From Gekko japonicus (lineage: Eukaryota), in NCBI RefSeq assembly GCF_001447785.1, contig NW_015172034.1, forward strand, positions 359,804 through 423,803: a DNA stretch of 64,000 bases. Reading direction: 5' to 3'. Numbering within the stretch: position 1 is the first letter of the stretch; each line of letters starts with the position of its first letter. The notes under the pieces were generated by a model. It was given only the letters and a program-made list of their open reading frames with translations, was not told where the DNA came from and did no database searches. The translations under genes and the position numbers were made by a program. Below are positions 50,355-64,000 of the stretch, piece by piece.

Positions 50355-51215
50355 AACAGCAGATGTGCTGGAAGATCAGATTTTTAAATATATCCAGAGC
50401 AGGAAAACCAGTCAGAGAAACAGTTGGGCCTTTGGATGACAAAGAAATAAAGGGATTGCTAAAGGAAGATGGGGAGATGGCAGGGAAGCTCAATGACTTT
50501 TTTGCTTCTATGTCCACCGTAGAAAGTGTGGGGCACACACCCATGCTACAGTCCCTATTTTCAGAGAATCTGAAGAACTGAGACAAATTGAGGTGACCAG
50601 AGATGAACTTCTAGACCTACTAGGTCCTGATGCCATATACCCAAGAGTTCTTAGGGAACTTAGTAGACAGTTGATCTACTAACCAGTATATGTAACCTAT
50701 AACTAAATTCAGCCCTTGAAGCAGAAGACTGGAGAGTGGGAAATGTTAACACCAATTTTTAAAAAGGAATCCAGAAGGGATCGAGGAAATAACAGGCAAA
50801 TCAGCCCAATGCCTCTGCTGGGCAAATTAGTAGAAACTGTAATCAAAGACAGAATTGTTGGGCACATGGAGGAACAAATCCTGTTGAGGAAAAATCAGCA
50901 TGGCTTCTGCAAACAGAAGTCCTGCCGCACCAACCATTTGGAGTTCTTTGAGAAAGTGAACAAGCATGTAGACAATGGTGACCTGGTAGACCCGGTAGAC
51001 GTTATATCCTTGGACTCACCAAAGATGCCTGAGTTAACTTAGCAATCATGGGATAAGAGGATAGGTTCTCTTATGGATTAAAAATTGGTTACATGACATA
51101 AAGCGAACAGTAGGAATCAATGGACAGTTCTCACAATGGAGGGAAGTAAGCAGTGGTGTCCCACAAGGATTGGTATTGGGGCTGGTACTATTTAATTTAT
51201 TCATAAATAATATAG
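50355..51215 (+). mobile_element. CR1 ORF2 fragment
   Basis: RETVGPL, KLNDFFAS, NQHGFCKQKSC.TNHLEFFE, SGVPQG. Confidence 0.85.
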
Positions 51216-51613
51216 TCTGGCAACCTTGTCCAGAATATTACCATCTTCTAAACATTTACACACATCTCACTCTCTCCATTATTAAGCGTTCTCTTCCAGT
51301 AACTGACTGTCATCTCAAAGGGGGAGGGGAGTAAACCCCACAGCAGCATTTGTACCCGAGATACGCAACAAATAAAGGATGACTATAGATTACAGCATAA
51401 TTTATTGTAAAACTATACAGCTATTGAATTAATAGGCAAAGCAGAAAGAATACAATTTGGTGTGAAGTCATTTCAGGCTTATAGTGAATGGTAGGGCATC
51501 CTTAAATTCTATAAAATGATAATTATCACATCCTATAACATCATACATTGAAAACATAATTAAACCTAACATTGTTTCACTGTTACTTTCAACCAAGTGA
51601 GGGGTGTAGAGAC

Positions 51614-51819
51614 TAGGGTCGCTGGCTCTGGATGGGAAATTCCTGAAGATTTTGGGGGTGGGCAGGCTGTGGGAAAGGGAGGGGCTTCAGGGGAATATAA
51701 TGCCATAGAGTCCACGCTGCAACACAGCCATTTTCTCCATGGGAACTGATCTTTGTTGCCTGGAGATAAACTGTAATCCCAGGAAATTTTCAACCACCAC
51801 CCAGATGTTGGCCATCCTA
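51614..51819. mobile_element. TAGGGTTGCCA-type MITE
   Basis: Similar to 4192-4408. Confidence 0.7.
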
Positions 51820-51873
51820 CTACGGACTGATTTTCTTCAGTGCCACTCAACACACAAACACCTCCTGTCTTAC

Positions 51874-51924
51874 CTTGGTCGCTTGTTTGGGCCATTAAGC
51901 AGTGCAACTTTCTCCTCCATTTCC
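51874..51924 (-). CDS. NEK9: NEK9 exon 9
   Basis: ggcag|EMEEKVALLNGPNKRP(R)|gtaaga; 51 nt. Confidence 0.93.
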
Positions 51925-52598
51925 CTGCCAGAAGAAAGAATAAACATTAAGATCAGCAACCATCTATTACTACTGTGCTTCTCATAGAAGATCAGAACAT
52001 GCTTTACCATCACCACAAGACACACAGAGGAATCACTCCCACTAAACTGGTGCACCACCATCAGTGGTGAAATGTGATCAAATGCCAGTGCCAGTGCCAT
52101 CCCACTATAGCCTGCTGTGTTCCCTGAAATCCTGCTCCTAGGGGGGGGGGGGTCAGTGAAAACAAAGTGGGGTCCTGCAGTGAGAATGAGGAAGTGGCAG
52201 AAATCTTATGTAAGTGCAACACAGCATTTATGTATGTTTCTTATATTAGCTGTCAAGTTTTTGCACTTAAAGAAAAGGGTGGATAGATATATGAGTGAAA
52301 AAGTTTAAAAGCACCATGTGGTAAATGTGAAGATGTTCCTCTTAACTTGCAGAAGTCATCCAAGACGCTCCTTTCAGAAGGCTAACAGTGGAAATACGTG
52401 TTAGGAGGAAACAACAGATTCCCAATAGATCTCCAGCAATGTGTTTGCAGGAGATATGCATTGATGGGGAGAGGAGTGCTTAGCCCTCCTCTTACTTTTC
52501 CTTTGCAACCCCACCCCCATCTATTTTTCATCGCCAGCAAATACAGTTGGAAAAAGAAGTTGGAGAGAACACAGGAGGAGTGGCAAGTGAGAAAAGTT

Positions 52599-52624
52599 AC
52601 ACACACACACACACACACACACAC
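52599..52624. repeat. (CA)n microsatellite
   Basis: Direct reading. Confidence 0.9.
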
Positions 52625-53308
52625 CACTGTTCTCTATCCCCACCATTTTGTGCACTGACAGCAAACACTGGGTGCCAAATTCTGTGCTTTCTGCCCAGCA
52701 CAATTGTCAATTGGGTGCCATGATATTTGGTGGATTTTCATTTATATCATACAATAAATCATTTGGTACTGTAAGTCTACAAGAGATGTATAGTGTCCCA
52801 GACAGAAGTCTAGTATTACAGCAGTGGAAGAGAGGGGGTTTTGTACAACTTCATTATTTGCATGCATTAGCTCCTTGAAAAGGTATTCTTAACAAATTCT
52901 CACATATATCTATTATTAGAAATAGTTCGCATTATTTTATTGTTTTGACTACTCTAAAGCACTTCACATACAGTACCTTGTTGTAATCCTTACAACAACC
53001 CTGTAAAGTAGGTCAGCATTATCCCCATATGAAGGCTTATTGTACTTCTATAATGTAAGACAAGGGTTAAAATTTTGTGTTTAGATTTATAAAATTTCTA
53101 ATACCATTAGAAAGCCCCTTTTTTCTTGTAAGACCTGACTTTTTCCAGAGACATTCTTTGGGGAGTCTTTAATGACAGCCCTACTTTAACGTCCGTAAAA
53201 AAAAGAATTGCATTTCAGACTCCAAGGGTTCCCACTAGAATCAAATATGGGTATAAAGGAAGTAAATAAAGAATACTCATGATGTTCAAGACATATATGA
53301 CTGTTTAC

Positions 53309-53373
53309 CTCCTGCGTTGGCTGAGAAGGGGACAATCAAGGAGCTCATCCGCAGTAGGCCTCTTCTCAGGATC
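53309..53373 (-). CDS. NEK9: NEK9 exon 8
   Basis: ttcag|DPEKRPTADELLDCPLLSQRR(R)|gtaaac; 65 nt. Confidence 0.93.
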
Positions 53374-53761
53374 CTGAAAGAGGTGAGGGACAGGTCACTC
53401 CCTAAGGAAAGGGATCATTTTTTAAAACAATGACTTAGGGCAGAACAGCTAACCACAGTTTTGTGATCTCTTTCCATTTCCCCATAAGCTAAAGAATTAA
53501 AGTATTAGGCAGAAAGTGAAAAGTTAAACAAGAATAGTTAAACTGTAGATTGAGCTTTCCAAAGTCAAGGGGACTGGGTAGCTGCTTTCCTGTTGCTAGA
53601 GTTCCTGGACAGCCGAAAACACTAACTCAAAGTATTAAGAGTTCAGTGGCACAGAATGCCAAGAAATGTACATCTCTAGTTGCTGAAGCCTATACAAGAC
53701 CAGCCTCCACCTCACTCTATTATGGACACCAAAGCTGATAGATAGCTGTTCTCTCACCAAC

Positions 53762-53872
53762 CTGATCAAGGCAGGAGTGCACCATCTGAATGAGATCCAG
53801 AGAATACACACTGGAATCAACCTCCATGGCTCGGTTGCCTTGCACAATCTTCACACAGAGGTTCAATGGATT
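53762..53872 (-). CDS. NEK9: NEK9 exon 7
   Basis: [37 protein letters not shown]|gttggt; 111 nt. Confidence 0.94.
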
Positions 53873-54132
53873 CTAAAAGGAAATAATGAAATAAGCTCAA
53901 TGGAGATGAAATACCTGCCTGAGAAGGCAAGCTATTATTCACCATTCTAAGTAGGCAAGCAGGACATCAGCAAGGGAGCTCAGGACCAGACTAAAGGGCA
54001 CCAGCACCCCTATAGAGGAGATGCCCAGTATATCTAGATCTCTCACTTCATAAATTTTCAACACTGGGTTAGTCTCTCCCAACTAAGACACACACAAAAA
54101 GGAAGAGACAAAACTAAGAGAAAAGAAAGCTA

Positions 54133-54288
<156 letters not shown>

Positions 54289-55775
54289 CTACACAAAATA
54301 AAAAAATATTAGAGATATTCTATCCAGATCCTTATCATATCATCAGACATAGTTTATGTTACAGGAGTTACATTACTCCTGCAAGTGGCAAGTTTCCTGT
54401 TTTAAATATAACCCAACCCCAAAATATGATGCTTAGAGTTTAAGACTGTGATGTTATAAGTAACTACTGGGTTTCACCATCCTGTTAACCACTGGAAAAT
54501 GGCTAGCAAATTACCTTTCAGTTATCAATTTTGCTCAACCAACTGGAGATGCATTGTGAATAATATTACAACGAAAATAAATGGCTGAATGCATGAGAAA
54601 GGAAACATAATGAAGGGTAAGGAATGAGTCAAACTAAACAAAAAATGACAGGAAACCAATGACATAATGAGGACAGATAGTGCAAGATATGCAGAGATGT
54701 AAGATATGTAGAGATCTGCAAGTGTGGGTGCCAAGGGAAAAAATACAAAATTAGAAGGCCTGGCCCATCTAACCTTTCAAATGCATCATGTACTACTAGG
54801 GCTTTGATCTATTTCAGTTATTTCATTTGAGGCATGCTCTGAAAAGAGCATTCTGTTTCACAGAGACAATGAAATAGGACAGACCCTGCTCTAAATTAGA
54901 CAATACAAACTGCAAGACTCTGTGTGCTTCTTCTAGAATAAATTATTTTGGGGCTGCTTCACAGATTTTTTTCCTTTTTCTCTTTGTAAAAGTACACCTA
55001 AAAATATTATAGGTATATATATGGCAGACAAGTACAACACCAGTATATTTGTCAGGGAACAGGGACTAGTCACTATTCACTGTCAGGAGTACATTTAGTA
55101 GCAAATTCAGATTTGCTACCCCGTAGAATGTGGAACGGTCCCAATCTCAAAACCACCATTTTATTCCAAGTTATTTTCCTGAAGACAAATATGATAGATG
55201 ATGGATGAATGTATAAGTGGCACATCACTGGAGAAATAAAACTCAATATTTTAAATTTTCTTGCTTTATCATTTTGCTTTTGTATTATAACACTGTGGCC
55301 AATACAAATGAGGAAAGATGACATTGTGAACAATAATACTGTGTGACAGTTTAAGGAAACATGTTCCTGTGAGAAGCAAAAAATGACCTAAGAAGCAGCT
55401 AAGCCTTTCCGAAGGGATAGGCTACAGTTTTAAGCAAATCAAAGAGAGAGAACTAAATGATGATTTCTGGAGCCAAAGCTGAAAGATTGAAGAGATTGCA
55501 GAAGCCATAAAAACTGAACTACATACGAAAAGGAAGAAAATAACTCTTTTAATATTGCTACGTTTGATGGTTTGGAACATTGTAAGAAAAATAATCTCAG
55601 TCTAACCAACCATTTATAATATTAGAAATAAGATACAAGTACCAAGAAAAAATCTACTGAGCAGATGGTGAAGATACATTTTCCAACAGCACCTTCTGAG
55701 CAATAAAACAGTTTGTAAATGTTAATGAAAGAATTTAAAAGGGGAGTATGGAAAGAAACCAGCATAAAGCGTTCA

Positions 55776-56021
<246 letters not shown>

Positions 56022-57226
56022 TTAGGACTTGCATACTGCCATTTCATCTTTCATTAATTTTACTCTTACAAGTTTAATTGAATTCCTCTCCATGCTTACA
56101 GCCTCTCTGAGTTTCACTGCAACAACCAACAATCAAGTTGTATTACATCACGTGAACAGAAACAAAAATAAAACTCATACTTCTAAAAATGTAATTTTAT
56201 ATCAATTAATACTTTCATTTTCCAGGATTTTTGTAAAGATACAGGCCAACTGAGAGGCTGGTTCAGTCTCTGCTATTTCCTGTTAAAATTAACAAGTGTT
56301 GGTTCTCTACTTGAAATTCTGGAAAGCTGCTGCCAGGCAGAGTAGATAATATTGAGCTAGATGGACTCCACATAAGGCAGCTCTAGAGAAAGGAATTTCC
56401 CAACAACTGCTACCCAAAATTCTTTTCAACTGGGACCTTCTGTAAACAAGCCACTGCCATATGCTCTGTCACCATATGAATAGTGGGCAGACTGGATAAC
56501 TGCTTTACACTCCTCTGTGTGGGTGTTACCATATGTAACCTGCATTAGGAAATTCAATTTAATCTACCCTAGTTTTTTAACATGTGTGTGTGTGTATTTC
56601 TAAATTGAAAAGGGAGCAAGAAGGACACTAATGGGCGATCCTAAGAAGAGTTACACCCTTCCATCACGATAAAAGGTTTTAGAAAGGTGTAACTCTGTTT
56701 AGAATTGCAATGTAAGTGTGCTTGAGTAGAAAAATAAGGTGAACTCATTAACAAAAGATCGGCTCCCTGGCCACTGGAATCCTGCTTCAGTCTGCTTTGA
56801 TTCACAGCCATCAGAATAAACTGCTGGTATTTTGTCAAGATTTCTGCTGCATCCACAAAGAACAGAAGAATGTATTTCTAATTGAAATCAATTCTTAGTA
56901 TAGCCCCTATAAATCAAAAGGTTTTAATTGGCCTTTGAATAGTAACTTCTTCAGTCTTTCTTCAAGAGGAGAAAACGGCAGCAGTGGTTTAGAGAACTAG
57001 GAGCCTCCAAGATACAAGAATATCTGAGGTCTGAGCTTCTGCTTGCCTTCTGTCAATAAAGTACTTCACAGTAAGAGGCACAATTTTAGTTTAAAGGATT
57101 TACAAAAAGGTAGGACTCTTTCAAGGGAACAGGCTAAAATCGCACAATGTACACCATGTCAATAAAACAGAGAGCTGACTACAAACAATATGCCTATGAG
57201 GCAGGCTACCTGTGCTGAGTGCTATT

Positions 57227-57302
57227 ATTATCTTGTTGTTATAAAGATGCAAAATATAAACTAAATTATCTTGTTGTTATAAAGATGCAAAATATAAACT
57301 AA
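57227..57302. repeat. Perfect 38-bp tandem duplication
   Basis: ATTATCTTGTTGTTATAAAGATGCAAAATATAAACTAA x2. Confidence 0.9.
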
Positions 57303-58037
57303 ATGGTGTATTAACATTATGGTAAGCTCCATTACTGTGAAAAAAAACAAATCATATCCACAACGTCTTTGTGAGAAAAACTGTTTTGCAGTTAGAGCTA
57401 TGAGATTCCACTTCCCACTTGGCTGATTGAAGCATTCTCAGAATTCTAAAGAGTGAAACATAGCTGGGGGGAGCTGGAGTGAGAATTATTTCACAGGTGC
57501 TTGTTCTTATTCTCTGCCTCACAATAGGTGAGTCTTTTCTTAGGGTTCAGTCTCCTTCAGCATCATACGGTCTTGCTATACAGAGTTTCATAGGAAAGCG
57601 ACTCAAGAATGCTCCTGCATCCTTCAGACAGAGAAACTGCCATCAGACTATTTTCTTTCCTATGCTGTTGTTTTATCTTTTTATATTTCCTGTTAAGTAC
57701 TTCGTGCAGAAAACTAGGATCTCATCTGCATAAACATTTTCTCAGTAAATCATATTTGGCTCACTGAAAAGTGCTAGCATTACTGCGGCCATGTGTCGAC
57801 CTTCCTATCTGTTGTAAATGCATGCAGTAAGTGAGGAACTCAAGCGACTGCATTTAACACTGAGGCAAACTGAAGAAAATGACAGTCCTTCAAAGAACAC
57901 AGACACAAAATTCCTATTTCTTCTTCCTTTTTCCAAAGTAAAGAAGTGCTGCATCATGAGGAGAAATGAGGCTTTCAAGCAGGTTTTACTTTCAGAAACT
58001 AGATCACTATTCGTCCTAGCTTCATTAAACACATCAC

Positions 58038-58108
58038 CTGTGAAGTATTCCTTCTCTGTGGATGCAGCTTACCGCTGATACAATTTGAAATACGTACCAC
58101 ACCACCAT
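58038..58108 (-). CDS. NEK9: NEK9 exon 4
   Basis: [23 protein letters not shown](R)|gtgatg; 71 nt. Confidence 0.95.
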
Positions 58109-58375
58109 CTGCAAAGAAAGAATATTCACATATGAGCAAAACAAAAATATGCATCTTTCCTAGGAAAATTAACCAAATGTAGGGACATCTCAGTGCTATA
58201 GTCTTTTTCCAAGAATAATCTTTCCAAAATAATCTGCTCATGTGGTGTGCAAGATGCAGGGTGAGAACTGCTAAAGAAATTGGTAACTTAAGTTAAAAAA
58301 TAATTAGGAGTGACAGCAGCTAACTTTCCAGGACAGTTGGGAAGCAAAGAGGTCTTTATAAATCTTAGTGTAGGT

Positions 58376-58549
58376 CAGTGTTCCATTTAAGCTGAGTTAG
58401 TGTGAACTAGCTCAGTTTAGCTCAGGAAGGATGGCTCCAAAGCAAACTAATGTATGCAGTAGCCAAATCGCTTGCTCACAACTTTAATGCCAATAGCTCA
58501 CAAATTAGAATTTTTGTTCACAAGACTCCACAGCTTAGAGGGAGCACTG
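58376..58549. mobile_element. hAT-type MITE, internally deleted, opposite orientation
   Basis: CAGTGTTCC..AAGCTG / CAGCTTAGAGGGAGCACTG; 8-bp TSD GTGTAGGT. Confidence 0.85.
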
Positions 58550-58915
58550 GTGTAGGTCCTACATATGTTTAGAAGTGCATTTCTATACTTGTTTCTGGAA
58601 AAGTTTTGTTTCATATATTATCATTTATTACAGTTAGATCCGAGAGGGTACAGCACAGATTCTTCTCTTGTGGCACCTGAATCGTGGAACTTCTTTACTT
58701 CCTCATGATATAGTTCCCATCAGCAAATGAAAAACTTTTTTGCATAGACTTTTGCTGGAAGCTGAAGAAACATGTATTTTATTCTGCTGTGTTTAGCCAT
58801 TTCAGTATGAAGGCTTTTAAAATGTTAAGTTGCCCTGAGTACCAAATTACTGTAAAAGTAACAAACAATACATGTGTTTGTCTGCTTACTAGTTTTTAAG
58901 GTTGAATTGAAGAGT

Positions 58916-59221
58916 GAGCTGCGGTGGCTCAAGTGGTTAAGACGCTGAACTGCAGGCTGTGGAAGGTCAGTAGTTCAGCGGTTCAAGACCCGGGTGCCGC
59001 AAGACAGGGTGAGCTCCTGTCTCTAGTTCCAGCTCCTGCCAACCTAGCAGTTCGAAAGCAAGAAATTGCAAGTAGATAAATAGGTACCACTTCGGTGGGA
59101 AGGTAACAGCGTTCCGTGCGCCTTGGTGTTTAGTCATGCCGGCCACATGACCACGGAAACGTCTTCGGACAGCGCTGGCTCTTCGGCTTTGAAACGGAGA
59201 TGAGCACCGCAACCCTAGAGT
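58916..59221 (+). mobile_element. Sauria SINE, 3' truncated
   Basis: Close reverse complement of 9836-10140. Confidence 0.85.
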
Positions 59222-59237
59222 AATGAGTACCACATTC

Positions 59238-59382
59238 ACAGTGCAATCTTATGCAGAGGTACACCTCTCTCAGACCAATGAAGTCCATGTTTTGGTTCAA
59301 CCCTAAGCACAGTTACACACTTCTAAGTCCACTGGGTTGAATGGGCTGGGAAAGATGTACCTCTGCATAGGACTGCACTGTT
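59238..59382. mobile_element. Short palindromic MITE-like element
   Basis: ACAGTGCAATCTTATGCAGAGGTACA / TGTACCTCTGCATAGGACTGCACTGT; relatives at ~56636-56710 and ~4996-5080. Confidence 0.55.
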
Positions 59383-59493
59383 AGAAGAATACAGTCTGAA
59401 GGCCAAGGGAAAAGAAAAACTGAAAAGGCATAAAGGTTGGGAGATTCCACAGCAAACTAGCAGCATGGTAATCCCCACTACCATTCACGTTAC

Positions 59494-59549
59494 CTCTTCC
59501 TCAAACAACTTGTCCTTCTGCCGCAAGATCTTATCATAGAGGTTTCCCC
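59494..59549 (-). CDS. NEK9: NEK9 exon 3
   Basis: tacag|(G)GNLYDKILRQKDKLFEEE|gtaacg; 56 nt. Confidence 0.95.
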
Positions 59550-60544
59550 CTGTAATTGAGAGAAATATTTTGTTATTGACTGTAATTGCTGTATCAGTAT
59601 TTACTAGAAATCCTTCCAAGAATTCACTGTATTCCTAAAATCTCTTCTGTGTGAAAAACAAGCCCATCTTCCCTCGTGTTTTTCAACTGCTGCTGATTGT
59701 AACCTAACCTGAGCACAAGGAGCTTTGAAGGCAAAAAATTCAAAAGAATAAAATGTATCTTCCAGCATCAGCAACAGCTCTTCTTCAGGACACACATGTA
59801 ACTTTTAAAGTAAGCTCTTCTCTCAGATTTGTCTTCACAAGGAAGACCTTTAAGAAGAAGTGAATGTGCATCACTGATGTTATGAATTATAATGTCTTCT
59901 GAATTTGAATGCAATTCAGATCCAAAGTAAGAAGAACTGATACTTAATTCAGTGCAATTTGTACCCTTAATTGGGAAGGCAGACTAGAAGGTTCTGTAGT
60001 GGGCTAAAAACAATACCCAAATCAACCATGAATTCAAAAGAAGGGGCACGAAAACTTCAAGAATAGTAGTTATGTCACATGTTCTATGCTTTATTTTCTC
60101 AAAGGTGTTTCTGTCGAACCACTTCATTTTGTGATCACTAAAAGCTTGTATATGCAATATGGCACTGCAAACCCCATCACAGCAATATCCAACAGTTTGC
60201 ATAGTATGCTAGGAAATGACTGAAAGCTTATTTTCAAGCAAAAGAATATTTGCAGAGCAAATAAAGTAGAGAATTCATATAACACAGTCTCTAATTTATT
60301 TACTCTGCAAATATTCTTATTTGTATTTGACAACGTCCAATTTTCGCTCTATTTCTCCTTTAGCTATTTCTGCTTCCCAACAAGTATGTTTTAGATTACT
60401 TATCCACAAACCATAAATGGCAGTCTTCCAAGATTAATCTGGTTCATGTTTCTAGATCTGCCATTACAGCTATAAACAAGACACTGCCTTTCTGCATTCT
60501 GTCTTTCCCAGAGAACCCAAGATGGAAGAGGTGTTTGCTGTTTA

Positions 60545-60763
<219 letters not shown>

Positions 60764-61941
60764 TTAAATGTATTGTTAATTACATAGCTTCACAAGACTA
60801 GATACCCATTTCTTACAAGAAACTTTTCTAAAAATTCTTAGATTTGGCAAAACATTTATATGGAGTTCAGATGAAATTTTTACCATTTCTGATACACTAT
60901 TTGCAACTAGCACCCTCTTTCTTTTCAGTGATCACCAAATGGTATAAGCTTTTCAAAAAAAGATTATGGTGTTATTTCACACACAACTCCACCCAGACAT
61001 AACAACAACAGAAAACCTTATTCATGGGAGCTGCTAAATACTATTGCTACTCATTTACATAGAAAAGACATCACAGGCCAAGGGGAACAATATTTCCTTA
61101 TATTTAATATTCAGATTTCACACCATTCTTTGATTTTTATCCAGCAAGTCCCTGGAGCTGTGTCAGTGTTCTGTAGCTTCTCTTTGATATTGTATTAAAG
61201 ATACCATTATTTGAGCAGTGATATTTCAAGATTCTCTTTCCTCATAAGAAATGTTGATGTAATAACCTAGCACAGTTGATAAAAATTTAACAGAAGAAAA
61301 GTTGCACTTACCTGTAACTGTTGTTCATCGACGTCTTCTGTGCAGACATACATTGGGACTGTGCCTGCACAGGCTGGCCATGGACATTTTCTTTCTAGCT
61401 AAAAAAACTCCAAAGAGGGGGTGCCCCACCCCTTTTGGAGCCAGTGCATGTGCAGAATTCCCACCCAATGCACCACATGCTCCATGGGCAGGTGCCCCCT
61501 TCCCTCAGCTCCTGCTAAGCCACTGCAAGCTCCTTTTTCACGGCACAATAGGCCCTGTGAGAGCTCACGTTGGGCCAGGAGGGAGGGAACATGCGTCTGC
61601 ACAGAAGACATCAATGAACAACAGTTACAGGTAAGTGCAACTCTGTTTTCATTTTCCATCTTCTCATGCAGCCTCACATTGGGACCATTAGTGAGCTACT
61701 CATCAGAGGAGGCAGGGTGAGTCTCTCACTGGAACAGAGCCTGCAGAATAGTCTTGCCCACATCTGTGTCTTTCCTCGCCCGAAGGTCTAAAGTTTAGTG
61801 TTTCACAAATGTGTCCTCTGCTGACCAGGCTGCCGGCAGAGGAATCTGTCGATAAAAAGCAGCAGACAACCCCTGCGCTTGAGTGGAGTCTGCTTTCACA
61901 TCGAGTGGACACGGTTCTCCGGATGCCACGTAGCAGGAAAG

Positions 61942-61980
61942 NNNNNNNNNNNNNNNNNNNNNNNNNNNNNNNNNNNNNNN
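61942..61980. other. Assembly gap (39 N)
   Basis: Run of n. Confidence 1.
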
Positions 61981-63378
61981 AGCTTTGCCCTTCTTGGGGC
62001 CCCAATAACAAATAAATAGTGCTTTGTTTTTATGAAATGGTTTGGTTCTATTTATATAGTAAAGGAGGGCCCTCCTAACATCCAGGGTATGCAGGGCCTT
62101 TTCCGCTTCCAAGCTCAGAGCAGGGGAAAATACTGGTAGGACAATGTCCTGTGCTAGGTGGATGTTGGAGACTAACTTAGACAGGAAGTATAAACTTGGG
62201 TTTACTACAACACACTCACTAAACACTTTGAGAAAAGGTGGATCAACCCTCAGAGCTGTCAGTTCACTGTCTCTTCTGGCTGATGTAATGGCCACTAAGA
62301 ATGCTACTTTCCTTGAAAGCAAAGCTAAGGAGCAGGAAGCTAGAGACTCGAAGGGTGGTTTCATCAGTCTGGATCATACTAAAGACAACAACCACTGAGG
62401 GATAATATGGGGTGCAGGGGAAAAACATTGGTCAGCTCCTTTAAAAAACACTGAGACAACTTATGGACAAAAACAGTACTTCCCCGTATCTCCTCAAGGA
62501 AAGCAGCAATGCCCACTAGGTGGGTCTTTACTGAAGACATCACTAAACCAGTATGAGCTAATGACAACAGGTATTCCAACGCCAATGTTAATGGGCAGGT
62601 AAACAGGCATTCACCCCAGCAGACGCCCAGGATTCAAAATGACCCTGTTCTCTGTCATAATATCATGTTGAGGGTTTACGGGTCTGAAGCAAGATATCTC
62701 TTACTCCTTGGGTAAAAGGAGAGCTCTAATGCTAAATCCTCTATGCCATCAAGTGCAGCTGTGCTGTATTGTGGTGCAGCAACAGACTGTGCGTCAGTAG
62801 GTCTGGAGTGGGAGGGAACGGTATGCAATTCGTGCCCGCTAAGCGGAACAGCTCTGAGAACCAGATCTGGTGGGGCCAGAAGAGAGCTATTAGGGTGCCA
62901 TCTATTCACTCAGCCACCATCTTCTGTATAACCTTGCTTAGGAGAGGGAAGTGTGTGTGCCTGACCAAGGGATCTGGAATGCATCCCCCAGGGAAGTTGG
63001 GTTGCTGCCCGCCAGGGAGCAGGACTTGGTGCTTTCCTGGACTCAGCCGTGGCAAGCAGGTCCACCTGAGGATATCCCCATGTGTTGAAAATCGCCTTGA
63101 TGTATCTGTACTGGATAGACCATTCATAGTTGGTCTGACAGACCCTGCTCAGCCCTCAAACTTCCGTATTTGAAGTCCCTGCTATGTGGATGGCCCTGGG
63201 AAGGCTCCAATGCTCACAGTGATTTCCCATGCCATTACTGCATCTGGGCAAAGCCTCCAGAACCCCATGCCTCCTTGTTTGTTGAAATTACTGTTGTGGT
63301 GTTGTCTGTTTGGATCAACACCCTCTTGCCCCTGAGAATATCAGAAAAGGAGATAAGGGCAAATCTCACCACACAAAA

Positions 63379-63522
63379 TTCCAAGAGATTAATATGGGGT
63401 AGCATGTAGAAAGGACTAGCAAAGCTGTGCTGCCTTTGAGAGAAGCACAAATTTCCAAGAGATTAATATGGGGTAGCATGTAGAAAGGACTAGCAAAGCT
63501 GTGCTGCCTTTGAGAGAAGCAC
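63379..63522. repeat. 70-bp perfect direct duplication (period 74)
   Basis: TTCCAAGAGATTAAT...GAGAAGCAC at 63379-63448 and 63453-63522. Confidence 0.9.
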
Positions 63523-64000
63523 TGCATTGTCTCTAGGTCAGAGCAGAGGAAAACACACTCAGTGATCTGGCTGTCTGGTGTTTATTCTTCATAGTGGAGA
63601 GGAACTTGTCTGTGGACTGCAAAAACAGAGTTCATCCCTCAAAGAAGAGATACTCAACTTTACATCGAGTCTCCAGAGGGAGAGCAGTGTAGCCACAAGT
63701 ACCTCCTGAGGATTATGGCAGAGGCCATCGATCTGGCTGCTATCTCTACAGCATGCCCGCCCACATTAATCTCTTGCTTTGAGAGTTTTATAGCCTTGGA
63801 CTGGATCAGTTTAGATAAGGACCTGAATTCATTGAGCAATCTCTCCAGGTACTTGGAAAGACTCTCCCCAGAGGAGAAGTTGGTAGCCTCCCATAATCAC
63901 CTGATAATTCGCTACTCAAAAATTGAGAGCAGAGGAAGCATAAAACTTTCTTCCCAAAGCATCCAGACAGCGGCTTTCCCTGTCAGCTGGGGATGAATGC

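Larger units (their letters stand above)
61290..64000 (-). mobile_element. Degenerate DIRS-type (tyrosine recombinase) retrotransposon
   Basis: YR motifs FLVAITSARR.SEL, HTLDVRRAL and KADSTQA (catalytic H-x-x-R decayed); RNase H-like VLIQTDNTT; inverted repeat 61301-61349 / 61591-61641. Confidence 0.85.

Overview
Vertebrate (squamate reptile, probably gecko-like, judging by Sauria SINE, CR1, L2, Penelope and DIRS content) nuclear DNA carrying the gene block MLH3(-), ACYP1(-), ZC2HC1C(+), NEK9(-), in the same order and orientation as human 14q24.3. MLH3 is partial (coding exons 2-4; the 3' end runs off the left edge). ACYP1 (99 aa) and ZC2HC1C (525 aa) are complete and share a head-to-head CpG promoter. 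NEK9 exons 2-22 can be traced with GT-AG boundaries; exon 1 lies beyond the right edge. Exon numbers follow the human orthologues as recalled. Introns and intergenic DNA are filled with transposon relics. The strongest anomalies are (1) NEK9 exon 15 appears to lack 20 nt, which frameshifts the gene into a TGA at the exon 15/16 junction, (2) a TSD-flanked, polyadenylated L1-type element that encodes only ORF1 (HAL1-like), and (3) a Gly-to-Asn change in the ACYP1 phosphate-binding loop. I see no convincing evidence of a wholly new biological system. All family assignments come from reading the sequence, not from database searches.
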